Assembly: GCA_034670305.1 (NCBI GenBank)
Contig: JAXMNT010000011.1
Coordinates: forward strand, 1-64,000
DNA length: 64,000 nt
From: Deltaproteobacteria bacterium
Lineage (GTDB): Bacteria; Myxococcota_A; Polyangia; Polyangiales; Houyiibacteriaceae
Direction: 5' to 3'
Positions 59,712-64,000 of the stretch are shown here, one piece after another; positions within the stretch are counted from its first letter, which is position 1; each line of letters starts with the position of its first letter. The position numbers and the translations under genes were made by a program. The notes below the pieces were generated by a model that worked only from the letters and a program-made list of their open reading frames with translations, had not been told where the DNA came from and ran no database searches.

Positions 59712-61061
59712 TTAGAAAGCCGCGGCTTCGAGGACGTCGGCGATGTCTGGACGCTCGGCGGGCACCTTCTCGAGAAGGAGGTCCGCGGGCGTCTGTTCCT
59801 TTTCGAGCAGGTCCCGAAGACTCCGGAGGAACACCCGCTCGTCGCGGCCTTGGCCATCGAGGTGACCGAGCCGCGCGAGGCCACTCTCGGCGAGCTCGAG
59901 CACATCGCCCGCCCACTCCAAGACTTTGCGTCCACCGAGGTCCGCATGGAGCCCATCGACCGGAATCGACAGCCGCGCCTTCTGAAGGTCGGCGTGGTGG
60001 ATCTTGCCCGCGAGACTCTCGGCACGGCGCCGCGTCTCGGCGTCGTAGAGCAGTCCCTTCCACAACGCGGGCAGCCCACAGAGCGTGCTGCTCGACTGGC
60101 CGTCCGCGCCGCGCATCTCGATGATGTTCTTCAGGCGCGTCTCGGGGAAGAGGCTGTTGACGTGGGCGTCCCAGTCGGCGCGCGTCGCGGTCAGCCCCTC
60201 GTGGCCATCCTTCCAGTAGGTGCGAAACGTCTGATGGGTGGGCTTGATCGAACCGCCGCGTTTGATGCCGAACATCGGCACGTCGAGCGCCCACTCGACG
60301 TAGCGTTCGTAGCTCGCCGGGCCATCCCAGAGTGGTTCGAGCAGACCGCATCGATCGGGATCCATGTGAAGCCAGACTTCGGCGCGCCGGCTGCGTTGCC
60401 CGGTCCGAACCCCTTCGACCCAGGGGCTGTTGGCGAACACCGCAGTGATGATCGGCTGCAAGCGCAGGCCGATGCGGAGCTTGGAGAACGCGTCGTCCAC
60501 GTCCGAGTAGTCGAGGTTCGCTTGCACCGTGCAGGTGCGGCGCATCATGTCGAGCGCCATCGATCCCTTGGTCGGCAGGTACTCGCGCATCACGCCGTAG
60601 CGGAGCTTCGGCACCCACGGCAGGTCGGCCTGGCGCGCGAGCGGATGAAACCCGAGCCCGAGCCAGCGCACGCCGAGCGCATCGCCCACCGACTGCAGCT
60701 CCGCCACGTGTCCGCGAAACTCCGCGCAGGTCTGGTGCACGGTGTCGAGCGGCGCGCCGCTCAACTCCAACTGGCCGCCGGGCTCGAGCGTGATGTTGGC
60801 CGCGCCCCGGTTCAGTTGGATGACGTCGCCGCCTTCCCACTCCGCCTGCCCGAACCAGCCGTGGTGTTCGATCAGCCGGTCGAGCACGCCGCGGATGTCG
60901 ACGTCGTAGTTCGTCGCTCGCCCGTCCAGGTGCACCCCGATCTTCTCGGCTTCGGTGCCGACCCTCCACTTGTGCGCGGGCTTCTCCGCGGCGTGAAAGG
61001 GGGCGATCAGTTCGTCCATGCTTTCCAGCGGACGGGTGGAGGAGGGGGATTCGGCAGCCAT
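59712..61061 (-). CDS. gshA: Glutamate--cysteine ligase
   Basis: VGTEAEK, ITLEPGGQLELSG, PKLRY, MMRRTCTVQANLD, FANSP, IEMRGAD. Confidence 0.93.
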   Translation of the reverse strand: MAAESPSSTRPLESMDELIAPFHAAEKPAHKWRVGTEAEKIGVHLDGRATNYDVDIRGVLDRLIEHHGWFGQAEWEGGDVIQLNRGAANITLEPGGQLELSGAPLDTVHQTCAEFRGHVAELQSVGDALGVRWLGLGFHPLARQADLPWVPKLRYGVMREYLPTKGSMALDMMRRTCTVQANLDYSDVDDAFSKLRIGLRLQPIITAVFANSPWVEGVRTGQRSRRAEVWLHMDPDRCGLLEPLWDGPASYERYVEWALDVPMFGIKRGGSIKPTHQTFRTYWKDGHEGLTATRADWDAHVNSLFPETRLKNIIEMRGADGQSSSTLCGLPALWKGLLYDAETRRRAESLAGKIHHADLQKARLSIPVDGLHADLGGRKVLEWAGDVLELAESGLARLGHLDGQGRDERVFLRSLRDLLEKEQTPADLLLEKVPAERPDIADVLEAAAF

Positions 61062-61258
61062 GGGTCTCTGGTCGGTCTCGTCGTCCGGCTGGGAGCGGGC
61101 GTTACCTTCGAACGGCGAGGTTCTGGACGAGCGGTCTCCTAGCACCGGCAGCCCGTGAGCAGTAGCGCGAAAAGCGCGCTGGAGAGCACCTGGGGCCGGC
61201 GGCGATGTCCGCGAGGATCATCTCGTGTGTTCGCCGAGGTCCTGCTAGCGTGGGCGGC

Positions 61259-61615
61259 GTGAGCACGGACGATGACGATCGTGGCCGTTTCGCCCCCGGC
61301 TTGACCGCGCGCGGACACCTCGGCGGCCAGGGCCGAGTCCGACTCGAGGGCCGCTTCGAAGGCACGATCGAGCTGCTCGGTCAGCTCGAGGTCGCGCCCG
61401 GCGCCGAGGTCACAGCGCCCATCCGCGCCCTCGAGGCGTACCTCGGCGGCGAGGTCCGCGGAAACGTGACCGGCCTCGGGGCCTCCTCTCGGGTCGTGGT
61501 GCTCAAGACCGGTCGGCTCATCGGCGACGTACGGGCGGCCGAGGTGGGCATCGACGACGGGGGCGCACTCCACGGTTCGGTCGACATGGTGGTCGACATC
61601 AAGGACCTGTCGTGA
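61259..61615 (+). CDS. Bactofilin
   Basis: VRLEGRFEGTI, GEVRGNV, GRLIGDV, IDDGGALHGSVDM; start uncertain. Confidence 0.85.
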   Translation: MSTDDDDRGRFAPGLTARGHLGGQGRVRLEGRFEGTIELLGQLEVAPGAEVTAPIRALEAYLGGEVRGNVTGLGASSRVVVLKTGRLIGDVRAAEVGIDDGGALHGSVDMVVDIKDLS

Positions 61616-62334
61616 ACCGCGCGTCCATCCTGCCCAGCGGCGTCGTGTTCGAAGGAACGCTCGAAGGAACCGGCGACCTCGTGGTGCGCGGTACCGTCGT
61701 CGGTTCGATCCAAATCGACGGTGCCCTCTGGATCGAGGCCGGCGGTGTGGTGCGTGGGCACGTACAAGCACGCGTCGTCACGGTGCGTGGCGTGCTGAAG
61801 GGCAATGCGTTCGGTGACGAAGCCGTCCGCGTGTCGGCCACCGCGAAACTCATCGGCGATCTGACCGCACCGCGGGTGCAAGTGGTCCCAGGCGCCCGGT
61901 TCAAGGGCGCGGTGTTCGTCGAGTCGCCGAACCTGCCGCTGCTCGACCGCTACGATCCGGCGGAGCACACGCTCGCCGGCCAAGAGGCGCCCGAAGTCGA
62001 AGCCCCGATCGGCGCGCCGACGGTCGTGGGACAACCGGCCCCGACGTTCGCGCTGCCAGCGAGTTTCCCGGACACCCTGGCGCGGGCAACGATGCCGTCC
62101 CCGCCGCGCCTGGACACACCTCCCGGTGGCACACTGCGTGCCCCGCCGCCGGACAAAGCGCTTGCGCCTCTGCCGTTCGAGCCGGCCGCACACGTGACGT
62201 TGCCTTCGCCTCCCATGCCGGGCGCGCTCGCGGATGCGGAGTCGGACGCACAGGCACCGCGCTTGCCGAAGGTGTCGCTCCGGATGCCGTCGCTCGGACG
62301 TGCCCGCGGCAAGCGCCGCACGGATCCGCGGTGA
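61612..62334 (+). CDS. Bactofilin with Pro-rich C-terminal extension (BacP-like architecture)
   Basis: EGTLEGTGDLVVRGTVVGSI..GARFKGAV, then a Pro-rich tail ending in basic residues. Confidence 0.88.
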   Translation: MNRASILPSGVVFEGTLEGTGDLVVRGTVVGSIQIDGALWIEAGGVVRGHVQARVVTVRGVLKGNAFGDEAVRVSATAKLIGDLTAPRVQVVPGARFKGAVFVESPNLPLLDRYDPAEHTLAGQEAPEVEAPIGAPTVVGQPAPTFALPASFPDTLARATMPSPPRLDTPPGGTLRAPPPDKALAPLPFEPAAHVTLPSPPMPGALADAESDAQAPRLPKVSLRMPSLGRARGKRRTDPR

Positions 62335-62891
62335 CGATGCCGGAGCCCGATCCACTCTTGGAGATGCTGCGCGCGAAGAGTTTTCGACGCGGCGAGTTCC
62401 GTCTGACCTCGGGGCGCACCAGCGACTTCTTCATCGACTGCAAACCCACCGTGCTCAGCGCGCGCGGGCACGCGTACGTCGGTCGCGCCATGGGGGATGC
62501 GATCCGGAAGCACGCGGGCGGCGTCGATGCCGTGGCTGGGGTCGAGCTCGGCGGGTGTTCGCTGGCGAGCGCGGTCGCGATGCAGTCGCTCGACGCCGAT
62601 GCGCCTCTGGACGCGGTGTTCGTCCGGAAGTCGACCAAAGCGCACGGCAGCCAGCGGCAGCTCGAAGGCGCGCAGGACTTGAAACCCGGAGCGGCGCTGG
62701 CCGTGGTCGAGGACACGGTCACGACGGGTGGCTCGACGCTTCGCGCGATCGACGTGCTGGTGGAGCACGGCTTCGTCGTGCCGTTGGTCGTCGCGGTGGT
62801 CGATCGCCTCGAGGGCGCGGCCGGTGCATTCGCGGCGCGCGAGGTTCCGTTCGTCGCGCTCTACGATCGACACGACTTCATTCCAGCGTGA
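62331..62891 (+). CDS. pyrE: Orotate phosphoribosyltransferase
   Basis: GEFRLTSGRTSDFFIDCK, FVRKSTKAHG, VEDTVTTGGS, VVDR. Confidence 0.95.
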   Translation: MTMPEPDPLLEMLRAKSFRRGEFRLTSGRTSDFFIDCKPTVLSARGHAYVGRAMGDAIRKHAGGVDAVAGVELGGCSLASAVAMQSLDADAPLDAVFVRKSTKAHGSQRQLEGAQDLKPGAALAVVEDTVTTGGSTLRAIDVLVEHGFVVPLVVAVVDRLEGAAGAFAAREVPFVALYDRHDFIPA

Positions 62892-62895
62892 TCCC

Positions 62896-63582
62896 ATGCG
62901 TGCGTCTCTACCCAGCTCTTCTCGTGCGACCGGCTTCTGGCTGCTTGGGGTGTTGTGCCTGGGCCTTGGTGCGGGCGGCTGCGCGACCCACACGATCAAC
63001 CTGCAGACCGGTCCGCGTGCGTTCACTGCGGACGAGTACGAACTCGTCTACGAGGGTTGGACCCGCAGCGAAGACGACTTCGCGTGGACCGAACTCGACG
63101 ACATCTTGCATGTCACCGCCACCTTCGAGAGCTGGGAGTTCCGCTGGGCGTACGTGGCCCGCTACGCGCGCGACCACTCGATCGAAGAGAGCGCGCGCGC
63201 GGCGATGCTCCGAGCCACACTCGCCGACGCGACCCAGCACCACCGCTTCTTCGTGACCCTCTCCGGCCCCGTCTTCCGCGAGCAAGATCTCACCAGCCCC
63301 CGCTCCGGATGGCGGGTGTTGCTCGTGGACGAAGACGGCCGCCAGACCACCCCCATCGAGATGCGCAAAGTGCGGCATCCCACCGCGGCGGAGCTCATCT
63401 ACTTCCCGAGCGTGAGCCCGCACCGCCAGGCGTTCCGAATCGTCTTCCCCGCCCACCGCGAAGACGGCAGCGAGACGATCCCCGCCGACACCCGGACGAT
63501 CACCCTCCGATTCGCAGGCGCGCGCGGCCAAGTGAACCTGGAGTGGCAGATCCCGAGCCCGGAGGGCGTCTCCACGGAGTAG
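62896..63582 (+). CDS. Hypothetical lipoprotein
   Basis: AGGC lipobox; strong GC3 bias. Confidence 0.75.
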   Translation: MRASLPSSSRATGFWLLGVLCLGLGAGGCATHTINLQTGPRAFTADEYELVYEGWTRSEDDFAWTELDDILHVTATFESWEFRWAYVARYARDHSIEESARAAMLRATLADATQHHRFFVTLSGPVFREQDLTSPRSGWRVLLVDEDGRQTTPIEMRKVRHPTAAELIYFPSVSPHRQAFRIVFPAHREDGSETIPADTRTITLRFAGARGQVNLEWQIPSPEGVSTE

Positions 63583-64000
63583 GGGCGGACGCCGGAGGGC
63601 ATGGATGTCCCGCATCCTCAGCGCCCCGCCAGATCCCATTCGACCGCGGCTCGCAATCTGCGAGGGTCGCATCCACCGATGCGGGGGCTTGTTTGCTGGA
63701 TAGGGCGGGCGGGTTCAGGCGTGGTACGGGGGCGCGCCCGGTTGAGAAGGAGCGGCACGGATGCGGGGCTCGTTGCAATGCAGCATGCTGCTGCACCGCT
63801 TTGAACTGCCGTGTTCGAACGAGTCGCCGGAGGCCGTGAGGACTGCGCGGCTCCTACGTCCGAGCGGGACCGTACGCAGCCGGCTCCGGGCCGTGAAGCG
63901 CAGCGCCCGGCTGGCCCGGCGCAGCTGGAAAGTGGCTGCGCGGGATCCGCTCAAGGCTGCCGTGTTGGTGTTCACGAAGCTGGCTTAGACCTGTGTCTCG

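Noticed and set aside
63583-64000. Possible ncRNA or gene at the right edge
   Set aside because: No recognisable motif or convincing ORF; context cut off by the window end.

Overview
High-GC (about 70% by eye) bacterial chromosomal segment. It is most consistent with a myxobacterium (Myxococcota, Polyangiales/Sandaracinaceae-like), judged from many Cys-rich lipoproteins, a MYXO-CTERM-like tail, paired bactofilins, a Hanks kinase and a pseudo-receiver coiled-coil protein. About 60 genes are supportable, mostly core or household: hisS, MoxR/VWA, yceD-fabG-acpP-fabF-rpiB, HMG-CoA lyase, rlmI, tatA, phaR-like, hisN-like IMPase, ECF sigma/anti-sigma, glycerate kinase, astD-like, lexA, gshA, pyrE. 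I found no rRNA, tRNA, CRISPR array, transposase or reverse transcriptase. The unusual signal is non-coding. (1) Two paralogous four-helix-bundle genes (27470-27857, 29458-29769) each follow a ~130-155 nt multi-stem element. The two elements share one fold through compensatory changes and have GNA-triloop mini-hairpins on the bottom strand, an architecture like a single-stranded-DNA (Frpo-type) promoter. (2) One of these genes is interrupted by a 76-bp two-hairpin micro-insertion. (3) About 20 hexamer-period arrays sit mostly just after stop codons, have a shared modular order, converge on the same Ala-Glu/Ser-Glu/Ala-Thr reading through synonymous codons, and sometimes enter or truncate genes. 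(4) There is a three-copy dispersed AACTC-rich repeat and a 61-bp inverted repeat bracketing a whole gene. All calls come from reading the sequence and ORF track by eye; no searches were run, and array boundaries are approximate.
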